From NCBI GenBank assembly GCA_025558095.1, contig JAIVFI010000002.1, forward strand, positions 682,001-746,000: a stretch of 64,000 bases of DNA, written 5' to 3'. This DNA comes from Hyaloraphidium curvatum SAG 235-1. Its lineage: Eukaryota; Fungi; Monoblepharomycota. Shown piece after piece: positions 50,808-62,671 of the stretch. The notes beneath the pieces are model-generated. The model ran no database searches and was not told the origin of the DNA. It saw only the letters and a program-made list of their open reading frames with translations. Each line of letters starts with the position of its first letter. Position 1 is the stretch's first letter. Made by a program: the position numbers and the translations under genes.

Positions 50808-53800
50808 ATGCCGCGGCACGGGCACTCGGGGGGGGCGGGAGCGGGAGTTGCGGGGGGCCCGGCAACCGCGGGGGCGGCAACCGGGGGGGCGGCTGCCGCG
50901 TCGCCGGCTGCACACGGGGCCACGTCAGCTGCACACGGGGCCACGTCAGCGGTGCCCGCGGGTGGGGGAGGGCTGCCGGGTGGAGGCGGAGGGCGGCCCG
51001 GGACGTGGGACGCCATCCGCGGGGCGGTGCGGCGGCACCGGACGGAGCAGCCACCGCCGCTCGCGTTCGCTGTGCCGCGCGGCTTCGCGTTCGACGACGC
51101 GGCCGGCCGCCTGTACTTTCTGGCGCTCGAGGTCGTCGCCGGCAGGGCGCCCGCGCTGGGCACGCCGCCGCGGGGCCGGGGCAGGCCGCGCGCGCCATCG
51201 ATGCCCGCGCCCGCCGCGCCGCCGCTGCGCACGTGGAGCATCTTCTACGCCGCGCTCGACAGGCCGGCCGCACCCGGCATCGGCCACACCGACGGCCCGC
51301 GGCGCAGGCGCAAGTCGTACGCGGACGTGGCAGCCGCCCTGTCGCGGCTGGAGCAGAAGCTGCTCGCAGGCCCCGGCGGCTCGGACGACGACGACGACGA
51401 CGCCACCGCAGCCGCCAGCCAGGCGAGGCCGTCGACAGCGGGCACCTACGCAGACGCGGCAAACAGCAGCGACGACGGCGACCTGGCCTCGGAGCACGGC
51501 GCAGCCTACGTGGGGATCAGTAAGTTGCTGTCGCGCTGCATAACTGTCCACCGCCTAACTGTAGTTGCAGCCAACTCGCCCGGCTCGGCCGCCTCGCTGT
51601 TCGGCATGGGCCCGCTGCACGACCTGCTCGAGACGTCGCGCTCGCTGCCCGCGCTGCCAAAGTTCCTGCTCTCGCACTCGTCGTCGAGCTCGCTAGCCGA
51701 GACGCACTCTAGGCAGCGCTCGCAGCCCTTTGCCGCCGAGCCCATGCCGCTGCTGCCCATCTCGTGGGTCGCGCGCCAGGCGTCCAACACGCCCACCTCG
51801 CCCGTGGTCGGCCCCGGCCTCGCCGCCGCGGCGGCCGCCTCGGCCTTCAACCCGCGCGACGAGGGTGCCGTCTCGCGCGACGCGGGCCGCTCCGCCGGCA
51901 TCCTGCGCTTCCGCCTGCGCCCCGCCCCGGGCGCCGACGGCAAGCCCCGCGCCCTGCTCGCCTTCACCCACGGCAACGATCTCCACGCCGGCGTCGTCGA
52001 CCCGTCGTCCTCACACGCCACCTTCCTCCCCGAGCCCGTCGACGCCGCCGCGGGAGCCGACCCCCGCACGGACGTCAAGCTGTGCCCCGACGCCGACCTG
52101 GTCTCGTACGTCCGCGGGGGCGACATCTACGCCGCCACCGTGCCCGTCCCGGGTCGCTCCGTGCGCGAGCACAGGATCACCTTCTCGTCGGTGGAGCACC
52201 CGGGCGGCGGGGTCACGTGCGGCGCGGGCGAGTACGTGATGCAGGAGGAATTCGGCCGGCGGACGGGGTACTGGTGGGCCCCCGCCGCGTGCGGCGGCGG
52301 CGACCGCGGGCCGCGGAGGATGCTCTACCTGCAGGTGGACGAGCGCGGCGTCGAGGGCGTGCACCTGCCGCGGCCGGGGATGGCCGAGGTGTTTGGGCTG
52401 CCCGGCGCCGCGGGCGGCGCGCCGGGGGACAGGGTGCCGTACCCGCGCGCGGGGGGCAAGAACGCGCGGTGCGAGCCGAGGATCGCGGAAATGGTCGTGT
52501 CGCCCGCCGGGGACCTGGAGGGGCTGGTGCACCGCTCGCTGCGCGGGGAGCACACGCTCGACAGGCTGTTCCCCTGGATGGAGTACGTGATCCGGGCGGG
52601 GTGGCTGCCGGACGGGCAGGGCGTGTGGTTCCAGCTGCTCGACAGGGCGCAGCAGCGGCTGGCGCTGGTCAGGGTGCCGCTGGACCTGTTCCGCCCCGAG
52701 GGCGAGGACGAGGGGTCGTGGGTGGCCGAGAACGGGGACCTGCACGTCGAGGTGCTCTGGGAGGAGCACACGTCGCTGTGGATCAACGCGCACGACTGCC
52801 TGCGCTTCGTCGAGCCGCCGCTCTTCGCCGCCAAGCCCGTGGTGCTCGCCTTCCTGTTCGCCTCGGAGCGCACGGGGTTCCGCCACTTGTACCACGTCGC
52901 CGTGCACGCGGGCTCGCGCAGCCACGTGCGGACCTACTCCAACCCCACCATCCAGCCCAACGGCTCGCTCGTCACGTACCCGCACTGCACCATCCGGCAG
53001 CTCACGGCCGGCCCGTACCCGGCCTGCGCGTCCGAGCTCGCCGGCGTGGACGAGCACCGCCACCTCGCCTACTTCCACGGCAAGCGGGACGATCCCACCG
53101 AGACGCACCTGTACGCGTGCTCGTACGCCGAGGGCCAGGGCCGCGCCGTCGAGACGGTCGATTCGCGCACGCGCGTGCGCGGGTTCGGCACGCACCACCA
53201 CCACTCGGGCAACGGCACCCCGCACGGGCACCACCCGCACCACCACCACCACTGGGAGGACTGGGACGACCACGTGGCGCTGCTCACCGAGCCGGGCAAA
53301 AGCCACCAGGTCACCATGAACGACGCGTGCACGCGCTTCGTGGACGTGGCGAGCAGCGTCGCCGATCCGCCCGAGTGCCGCGTGTTCGACCTCGTTTTCG
53401 AGCCCGAGAGGGACGAGCACGGGAGCCCGCCGCGCAGGGGCGTGCAGGCGCCCGCGCTCGGGCTGCCGAGGGACGTGCCGGGGCGGGAGAGGTCCTTTTC
53501 CGGGGCCAGCTTCTCCGAGTCGTTCGCGAGCAACCGCTCCCGCGCCAACTCGCGGAGCTCCGCGACCTTTGTAGCCCCCCCTGCCATCGTGCGCCCCAAG
53601 CTGCCCCGCGCGAGGCTGCTCGCGACCCTGCCCAACCCGAAGCGCGCCGACACTATGGACGACCACGGGGAGATGGAGCTGGTGTCTGCCGAGGACGGCA
53701 TGTTCCGGATGCAGCTGCACGACCACGAGTCGGCCGAGCACGGCCACGGCAGGCACGAGCACCACGCCAACGGCGCCGTCCCCGCGGAAGAGCTCTTCGA

Positions 53801-54826
53801 GCGCGACCACGCCCTGTCGACGCCGCTGCCGGTCATGTTCTCGTTCGCCAACTCGGCCAACGTCGTCCTGTACGGCATGCTGTACTACCCGGACGAGGTG
53901 CCCGGGGGCGGGGACCTGCCCACCATCGTGCGCGTCTACGGCGGGCCCAACGCGCAGGTCGTGACGAACGACTGGAAGAGCCCGCAGTGGATGCGCATTT
54001 TTCTGGCGCTGAGGCTCGGGTGCGTCATCTCGTTCACCCCAAACAGAGCGTGCGCCATCGCTGATCCTCGTCCCCCAGGTACTGCGTGCTGATCGTGGAC
54101 AACCGCGGCTCCTGGGACCGCGGCCTCGTCTTCGAGGCCCCCCTGCAGGGCCGCTTCGCCACGGTCGAGGTGATGGACCAGATCGAGGCCCTGCTGTACG
54201 TCATGTGCTGCACCACCCTGGGCGAGCACCTCGACAACGGCAGCGTGGTGGACGTTGTGCACCGGCTCGGGGTCGAGTGGACCGTGGGCGTGGACTCGCT
54301 GGACTCGGTGTGGGCGCGGTGCAAGGCCGCGACCTCGGCCAGGCGGAAGTACCACGGCGCCCGGAGGCTCGTGGATCCCGACCGGATCGCCGTGACGGGC
54401 TGGTCGTACGGGGGCTACCTCTCGCTCATGATGCTGGCTCAGCACCCCAACATCGTGCGCGTTGCCGTCGCGGGCGCGCCCGTGACGCAGTGGTCGCTGT
54501 ACGACACGGCGTACACGGAGCGGTTCCTTTCGCGCCCGTCCGATAACCCTGGGGGCTATTCGCGCTCCTCGGTGCTGGACGTGGCGCACTGCCTCCCGGA
54601 CGAGGAGAACCGCCTGCTGATCGTGCATGGGGCCATGGACGAGAACGTGCACATCACGCACTCGCTCATGCTGGTCTCGGCGCTGGTCAAGCTAAACAAG
54701 CCGCACCAGATCCAGATCTACCCGAACGAGAGGCACGGCCTGAGGCAGCCCGGGAACGCGGAGCACTACGATACCCTGTTCTTCCACTTCCTGGCACGGG
54801 CGTTCCGCGATGTCGAGCGGGCTTGA
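50808..54826 (+). CDS. Dipeptidyl peptidase 8/9-like (S9B) peptidase
   Basis: YVMQEEFGRRTGYWW, YPRAG, VYGGP, GWSYGG (Ser), DENVH (Asp) and ERHG (His); no N-terminal TM; intron about 54020-54078. Confidence 0.92.
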
Positions 54827-55085
54827 ATGTGAGGACTGAAGCCGCGGGAGGATCGGACAATGCGTCATGCGCATGTGATGGAAGCGAAAATGCGGAAGAG
54901 AGGAAGGTGGATGAAGGACCGTTGGTCCAATGTAGATATGGGAGCCGTTCGCGGCGCATGTATATACGGGAAAAAGACATCTTTGTCAAGGCGAGAACGG
55001 CCGGACGAGTGGAACAGAATCCAGAAATTGCGAGGAGTCCTGTACCATGGGCATCAATCTGTACACAAAGACGCAAATAGCGCGT

Positions 55086-55951
55086 CTAGAAAGTGAGAGC
55101 GGCACCCTTGGTCTTCTTCTCGCCGCCGAGCTCGAAGTGTTTGCACCGCTTCAGAGCAAGCTGCATCTTGTACTGGGGTCGCGTACGGGCCGTCAGACAT
55201 CGGACACGAGCAAACGCAGCGGCCTTCCAACCTTGCAGACGGTGCACTCCAACCGCAGCACGATCTTCTTCGTCGTCTTGGCCTTCTTGTGGAAGACCGG
55301 CTTCGTTTGGCCACCGTACCCCGACTGTTTGCGGTCGTAACGCCGCTTGCCTGCGACAGCGGATCGCTCAGCTCCCCTTCGCGCACCCGCGACCGGCCGG
55401 CCTCACCCTGCGCAAAGAGCGACGCCTTCCCCGTCTTGTACTGCGTGACCTTGTGCGGGGTGTGCTTCTTGCACTTCTGCCCCTTGCAGTAGGTATTCCT
55501 CGTCTTCGGGACGTTGACCTGCGCGGGCGGGACCGGTTGGCCTCTGCTCCGGAACACGCCATCCCGTCCATCCGAGCGAACGAAAGCCATCGACCTCCAC
55601 ATCCTCCCGAAATGGTAGAGCTCCGTGCCTTCCGGGTCTTCCGCGTGGGCTGGGAGCGGTCCCAAGAGACACGCGGCGGGGAGGGCACGTCGGCCCCACG
55701 CCCGACCAGAGCTCCCTGCCCAACGACCACCCCATCGGGATATGGAGAGGCTCCAAAAGATTCCGTTGCCGCCCAGGAAACCGCTCAAGTCGACCACGGG
55801 GCACGGCCCGCGGCCCGCACCACCTCCTGGGTCGGCGCGTTGGCAGCCCCTCCCACGACCTACAGCCCGACAGCAGCCCGACAGATAATCGGCCTCCCTG
55901 CTCCGCCGACGTTGACACCCCCCAGGCCCGCCAGAAAGGGATACTCGCCAT
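55086..55951 (-). CDS. RPL42: 60S ribosomal protein eL42 (L44/L36a), four exons; first exon probably ATG only
   Basis: [11 protein letters not shown]...[36 protein letters not shown]...[10 protein letters not shown]. The start exon at 55951 is inferred from ATG|GCGAGT. Confidence 0.93.
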
Positions 55952-56192
55952 CGCTAGGCCGGTGAGAGCGCAGTTGAGGGACAGGTGGGACCGTTGTTGA
56001 CGCCTCCGAGACGCAGGGTTTTCCAAAAAAGGACTGACCGCAAACACCACCTCGGACTACTTCCGGCGTAATCCGGCAGCTCAATCCATTATTGAAATCA
56101 ACTCATACATGGCCAGTTTGCTGATGATTTGTTCGAGGGTATCGCGTGCGGCGACAAAGCGACATAGGAAGTCTGTGGTTCATTCAGAGGGT

Positions 56193-56780
56193 TCAGAAGG
56201 ACGACCAGTTCCAATCCGACGGCATGGACATTATCGGAGCTTTTCACGGGATGAAAAGATCAGCGAGGAAGCGATGACCCGCGGAGCACGCCCACCGAGG
56301 TCCCCGGCGATGCTCGGCCTTTGCTTCGCTGTCACGGGCAACGGCTGCTGCTGCGGTTCCCTCGCGGAAGAGTCCTGCTGCACCTCCGGCAGCTCCCGCT
56401 CCGCGTGGTCCGATGCCGGCGACGCCGGGCTGTCCTCGGTCTGGGGTCCGGGCGTGGCCGCGAAGCTCTCGAGGCAGCGATCGCAGACTCGGACAAGGAC
56501 GCCCCGCTCGGGGTCGTGGTTCGCGTCCAGGTCCAGAGGCGCCTCCATCGACGAGTGTGCCGCGCAAAAGATGCCGCCGCATGCCCTGTCGGACTCGGTA
56601 AGGGGTGGGACGGCCTGGGACGGAGGTTCGCACGGACCTGCAGTGGTGCCGCCTCACGTAGCCGAAAAGCGTCAGGCCGAACCGCACGTCGCAGGCCGGG
56701 TCCTCGCAGGAGCCGACGTCCGCATCGGCTTTCCAATGAGAGTTGCGCATCCCAGGAACAGTCGAGGGCCCCTGCCCCAT
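56193..56780 (-). CDS. Small FYVE-domain protein with Pib2-type tail motif
   Basis: WKAD, RRHHCR, CGGIFC and RVCDRC FYVE motifs; the spliced last exon encodes MPSDWNWSSF-stop. Confidence 0.82.
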
Positions 56781-56863
56781 CTTGCCCCTGACTGGTTGTC
56801 GATCAACCCCTTCGCCCTGCCCTTCCTATCGCATCCGTTTTTCGCGTCTCCGTCCCCGCAATA

Positions 56864-58275
56864 ATGGCCTCGCTGCTCGACCTCTCGCTGGACGACATTG
56901 TCGCGATGAACAAGAAGAAGGATGCGCCGCGCGGCGGCGGGCGCGGGCGCGGCGAGCGCGGCGGCGGGCGCACCCCGCGCGGCGGCCGAGATGACCGCGG
57001 CGGCCGCGACGACCGCGGCGCGCCCCGCCCGCAGCCGCGCGCCGCGGCCGCGCCGTACAAGGTGCCGCAGAAGCCGCGGCCCGACGTCAACGAGGTAACT
57101 GCGCCGCGCCGCACCGCGAAGCCGCTGACGCCCCGCAGGTATGTTAACGGCACACCGGCGAGTACCGCGAGAGAGAGGCGTCCTCGGAGACCCAAGACCA
57201 GTCGAGGCGCCGCGGCCCGCGGGCCGCCGCCAGTGCTCTGCAGTGCTCTCTTTCTCCGGACTCGCCGAGGCGCATTGAGAACCATCGTAACGGGCCGTAT
57301 CCGCCCTCGCTCGCTCCTTCGCAACCAAGACGTGGCAGCACGACATGTTCCCAGGCGCCGGGCGCGGGAGGGGCGGCGGCAGGCAGGCGGCGGTGCGGGC
57401 CGGCGGCGACGCGCCGGCCGCCAGGAGCACGCGGATAAGGGTCGAGAATCTGCACTGGGAGGTCAGCGAGGACGATTTGGTGCGTCATTCCTCTTGCTTC
57501 GCCCCGTAGAAATGCCGCTGACCGTACTTTCGACAGCGCGAGCTCTTCGGCGGCGTCGGCGAGGTCAAGAAGGTCAAGCTCTTTTTCGACTCCGCGGGCC
57601 GTTCCGAGGGCGCGGCTATGGTCGAGTTCGCGGACCCCGACGCGGTGGACAGCGCCGTCGAAAACTTCAACGGCGTCGAGCTCGACGGCATGGTCATGAC
57701 CATCAACGTCATGGCGGCCCCGAAGCCCCGGGGCAAGCCCGCCGACGAGGCGCGCTTCACCGTCAGCTTCGGCGGCATGCGCGCCGACAAGGCCGGTCAG
57801 GGCATCCAGGCGCGGCTGGGCTCCAAGCCCGCGAGCATCCTCGATCGCGTCGGCAAGAGGGTGCCAGATGCCAAGGCCAAGGGCACAACCGGTGGCGGCG
57901 GCGGCGCGATCCGCACCAACCAGCGCGAGCGCGGCGGCGGCAATGCCGGGTCGACGAGGGGCCGTGGCAGGGGAGGTCGGGGAGGGGCGGGTCGTGAGGG
58001 CAGGAAGGGCCCCTTGACCGCGGAGGCGCTTGACCTAGAATTGGATTCGTACATGACCGTGGGTTGGTTCTGCGCCTACGCAACGCATTTCTCTCGTTCT
58101 AACTCGCTTCCGATCGGATCCGCAGGGTGACCTGGAGATTGCCGAAGCCGCGCCGGCCGCACCGGCCGTCCGCTTCGATCGGCGCAAGGTCGTCGACTAC
58201 GAAGACGGCGAAGTGCCCAGCGGCGAGGCCGAGAACGTAGTTGCTTTCCAGGAGGACGTCGGCATGGCCGAATAA
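56864..58275 (+). CDS. ALY/REF (Yra1/THOC4-like) RRM mRNA export adaptor, multi-exon
   Basis: N-box LDLSLDDIV; RGG-rich; RRM V.NLHWEVSEDDL...GRSEG.A.V.F; C-box AEALDLELDSYM. Confidence 0.88.
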
Positions 58276-58708
58276 AATGAAACCGGCGCGCACAGTGTGC
58301 ATGTACGTACGTATGTGAAGAAAACATCTCAGACCCCACACGCCAACTTTTATTAGTCCAGAACCGGCCTCTCCGGGCAGGGGGCCGCGACCGGGAATCA
58401 GGGAAGCAAAGCGGAGCACGGAAAGGGTGGGATTCGGGGCAGTCGGTGCCCCGATGGACGGAGAAGGTGATTGTTCGGCAACCCACCGAGCCCACGCTTC
58501 TGCCAGAGATGAACAACTTTTGCCGACTTCGGACCCTTTCGGGGATGTCGAGCACACCTTCTTCCAACACTTTATCTGAGGCCTTGAGCTGGGAACGGGG
58601 CAAACGGGGCGGACGACGGCGTCGGGAGCCTTTACTAACTCCAGCTTCCCGTTCATCAGGTGCTTCGACGCTCTGTAGCGACCGAATGTGCTATTCTCCC
58701 AAACGAGT

Positions 58709-61700
58709 TCATTGGAAACCCATCATCCTGCTGTATTCCTCCTCCTCCTCCTGCGTCAAGCGGTCCGCGCCGCCCCAGTTGCCGGAGCTCGTCCTTTTGT
58801 GATACTTGTGGGCACGAGCGGGGTTCTGGAACACGTCTGGAATGGGCGTTCGACGGATCAGCTCGATTCAGAGCTGGCATAAGTGCGACTCGGGCGCACC
58901 TTCCAAAGCGAGCGGCTGGACCTTGCCGAACACCTTTTCGGGGTTGAGCTGGCTCTGCGTGACGAGGGAGAAGTGCAGGTTCGGGGTCTGCGCCCAGCCC
59001 GGCACCGGCGCCTTGTTCTCCCTGTGGTCGTCGTCGTCGTCCGATTCGCTGCATAACGACGGTCATCAGTCCCTCGCGACGTAGCGGCCTCCAATCTGCT
59101 CACTCCGAGGGAATGTCCGGAATCTCGCCCCCGTACAGGTCGGTGATGGATTGGGGCGACGGTTGACCCTTGGCGGCTTGTTGCTGGGCAGGCTGCAGCA
59201 AGCCTGGGCTGAGTATCGGGTTCGCTATGGGTTTGTAAGGCACGGGAGCCGCGGGGGCGGTCGGCGGCTTGGACGCCGAGTCGCTGGGTGCTTTGGGCAG
59301 CGGAGCCGATGCGGCAGCAGACTTCTGCACGAGGCTTAATGCCGGTCGTGCCAAAAACGTGTGCCTTCCGACTCACTGCTCCGGCGAGCTGACCGGCCGA
59401 TCGGGGTGCATCATCCTTCGGCTGCGAAGCTGGCTTGGCCGGGGCCGCCGTAGGACCAATCTGCTGATCGACAGCGGGCTCTTCGATCCTCGCCACCTTT
59501 CGGTGGGGTTCTGCGAGTTCTGGCGAGCGAGGCCTCTTCGGTGGAGGGAGCGCCTTCTCCTGGCTGGGCGGCAGCGGAGCTTTCGCCGCGAGCAGAGTCT
59601 CCGGTCGCTTGTTCAACGTTGGGATATTCGACTTCTGTGTCTGCGGAGCGGTTGGCAAGCAACAAAACTGCATCGATCGAGGGACATACCGGGGGGACTT
59701 CCTTGGGCGGGATCTTTGGCCGCTCGGATTCGACCACCTTGGGCTTCTCGGCAGCGTCTTTTGGTTTGTCCGCCGCGACAGGAGGTCGCACGACGGCGGC
59801 CTCGGCTTTCTTCTTCCACTCCTCTTCTTTGCGGCGAAGCTCTTCCGCGCGCTTGGCTTCCTCTTGTTGCTTCTTCAAGATCGCCTCCTTGCGCCGCTCC
59901 TCGACCTGCTCTTTGAGCTTGATTCGCCGCTCTCGATCCATTTCCTCCTGACGGGGAAATTGGCGCAAGCTCGGCACCCCTTTCGGAGCAACGCACCTTC
60001 TCTCTTGCAGAAGCGGCTGCGCTCAAGGCTTTGATTTCCAATTGCCGAGCTTTCTGGCTCGATGCGTCTTTGCCGAGATCGGTCGGAACAAAGGTTGTCG
60101 TTCCCGATATATTGTCGGCCTGCCGCGCGCATGCCCATCAGGAGAACGCCAGAGTGCGCCACGAGTGATGAACCGTACCTGGGCGACTCCCGCAAAGAAG
60201 GACATGGACAGTCGCTCCTGCTCGCCCTCCTCGATCTCGTGCGTCGCCTCCTTCGCAGGAGACGGTTTCTCCGCCTCCGCTTCCTCCTTGTCTTTCGGCA
60301 CAAGATCGTCGTGGGCAGTTGCCAGCGGCAGCAGCTTGGGTGAAGCCCGAAGTGCAGAGCTTCCTTGAACCACTTCGGGCGCAGTATATGTCTCCGACAT
60401 TCCCGAGCCCGGCACGGCGAGCAGGGTCTTGGCGGGCAAGACCGAGTCGGTGCCGAACTGCGAGGCAACATGTTCAGATGATGCTTTGCCTTGGCCGGCC
60501 GAGCTTGGTGCCACATCTCCGTGGGGAGGGGAAACCGTATTGGCACCTTCGGCCGCCGGTTTCGGGTCGCTTTCCTTCGAACGGGCAGGTATTGGCAGAG
60601 ACCGTTCGGGCCCCTGCGAGGAGCTTGTCGACGCGGAACCGTGTGACGTTCCGCTGGCTGGCTTCTTCAGGCGGGAGAGATCCCCCTTGAGTTTGTCGAC
60701 GGACGACTTGATTATCGTCTGGAGACGTTCGTCCTGCCGCAGTGCTTCGCTCTCCGCACGGCCCACGATATCAATGTCCGCCCGCGGGCTCTTGGAGGTA
60801 TCTGCAACGGAAATATCCTGTGCGTCGGCGTCTTTGGCAATGCTGGGCCGAATAGCAAAGTCCACAGATGAAAGAGTTTCGGCAAGCCTCGGAAACTTCA
60901 TGGTCGATTGCTTGGGTTCGGACGGGAAGAGGTCGTGTCGTGGCTTCTTCACCACGGCATTCTTCGCATCCAAAGCCCGTTTCGACCCTGAAGAAGAGGC
61001 TGTGGGTAGTGCCTCAGGTTCGTGCGAATCCTGGATCGGTTGCTCGGCGCTTGTACCGGTCTGTACGTCAGGATAATCGCGGGCCGACGACGCCGAATCC
61101 CTCGGAAGCTCAAGTTGCCCCGCAGTGGCCAGTACCGACGTCGACTGCCCTGATGCTTCCAGGGCGTCCAGCTGGGGCACAGTCGCAAGTGCAATAGCCT
61201 CCTCCGCCGTCTCCAACTCAATTGGTGCGTGCAGCTCAGATGCGAGCGCAGCGTCGGCTTCAGGCGTCAATGAGCCCTCCTCCAGGGAGCTTGCCTCGAT
61301 GACGCCGGTTTCCTCTTGCGACGATGCTGCGGGAGGCTCCTCTCCCGCGGGAGCAGGCCTCTCGGCATCTTTGTTGCCCCGGGCCCTTGCGGCCGTCGCC
61401 GCTTTGGAGCTTGCCCCTTTCCGCAGTTGCACCTTCCTACCTCCCTTCTTTCTTTGGGAGGCCGTCTCGTCTTCTGCAGGGGCATCGCCAGCTTGGGAAG
61501 CATTGACTTCCTGAACCGCTTCGGGGTTTTCGTCCACGGGCTCCGCATCAACAGTCGGCGTCTGTGCAACGGCAGGCGAATCGTCCTCCGGTCCCTGCTG
61601 CTCCTCATTGGCGGCCGCCTTGTTCTTGACCCCTCCTTGCCGCTTGCGTGCCGGTCGTGGCGGCCGCTGCGACTCCTCGACTTTAGCTTTGCGTCGGGGT

Positions 61701-62208
61701 GCCTTCTTCCGGCCCTCGGGCTGGAGTTCCTGGGTGCTCGCGTCCTCGACCACATCGTCGTTGCCCACATCTATGGGATGGAGCTGTGATACGTTGGCAG
61801 TCTCCTGGACCTCCTCGTCAACAGGAGCAGGTGGTGCCTCGACATCCTCGTGGGCAGCCGCAAGATCCTCGTGGGCAGACTCAACACCTCCTGGAGCAAT
61901 CGTCGGGCTCTGGGTCCTAAAGTTAGGTGACGATATGGCCGCATATCGGAGCAGACTCACCGTGTACGATATGTCGTCGAGGATGGTCAAGAGATCCGGC
62001 GATACATGCTCGACGAGCCTGGATCGAAATGTCAGGGCGTTCCTTCACGAAACATCGAGTTCGCCCACCCAAAAGAAGACAATTGGGAGACAAACTGCTT
62101 CAGCATGGCAATGTTGCCGGCGTACAGTTCCTCGACCTCCCAAAGCTTCTCCCGCGTCACCGTGCTGAACCCAAACTCGGCCTCGTCCACGACGAACGGC
62201 CGCTCCAT
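58709..62208 (-). CDS. INCENP/Sli15-like chromosomal passenger protein, multi-exon
   Basis: Charged SAH-like helix (about 59800-59950) and C-terminal IN-box (EIPDIPS..DSDDDD..WAQTP.L..NPEKVFG..RTSSGNW..EEEE.Y..MGF). Confidence 0.85.
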
Positions 62209-62671
62209 GGCTCCAAAATGTTCAACGAAAAGCCAAAACTCGCTTCCGAACTGCGCTCAACGGGCCCCGGGGCGCCAGGAGTCGCAAGTGGCCGCGAAAC
62301 CGGTCGACGCGTCCGTTCGCCCCGTTGTCCGCGCTCTCCCCAGTGTCCGCCTCCTACAGAAGGGGTCTCTCGAGACTTCGCTGCAACGCAAAGACGTCTC
62401 CCGGAACCGCACAGCTCCCGCCGCAGGTCTCGAATTCGTGAAGAGGTCCTCGGCCCCCAAACACTTCCATCAACCATGAGAGACTTCAGTCACACCTTTC
62501 ACGCCTCACAGATTCGTTGCACGGCTACGAACTTCAATATCAAAAATCATGAATATAGCAGCTACATCCAATTGTTCCGCGGCCCCGCAGCTCACTTCAG
62601 CGACTTCAACTTGTCCATGTTGAAGCTAGAAAAACCGTCAGCTTGAACCACGGATAAGCGGACGCATGACA

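Noticed and set aside
55290-55320. Cycloheximide-resistance allele of eL42
   Set aside because: The motif is GQTKPVF (Pro56), the sensitive type.
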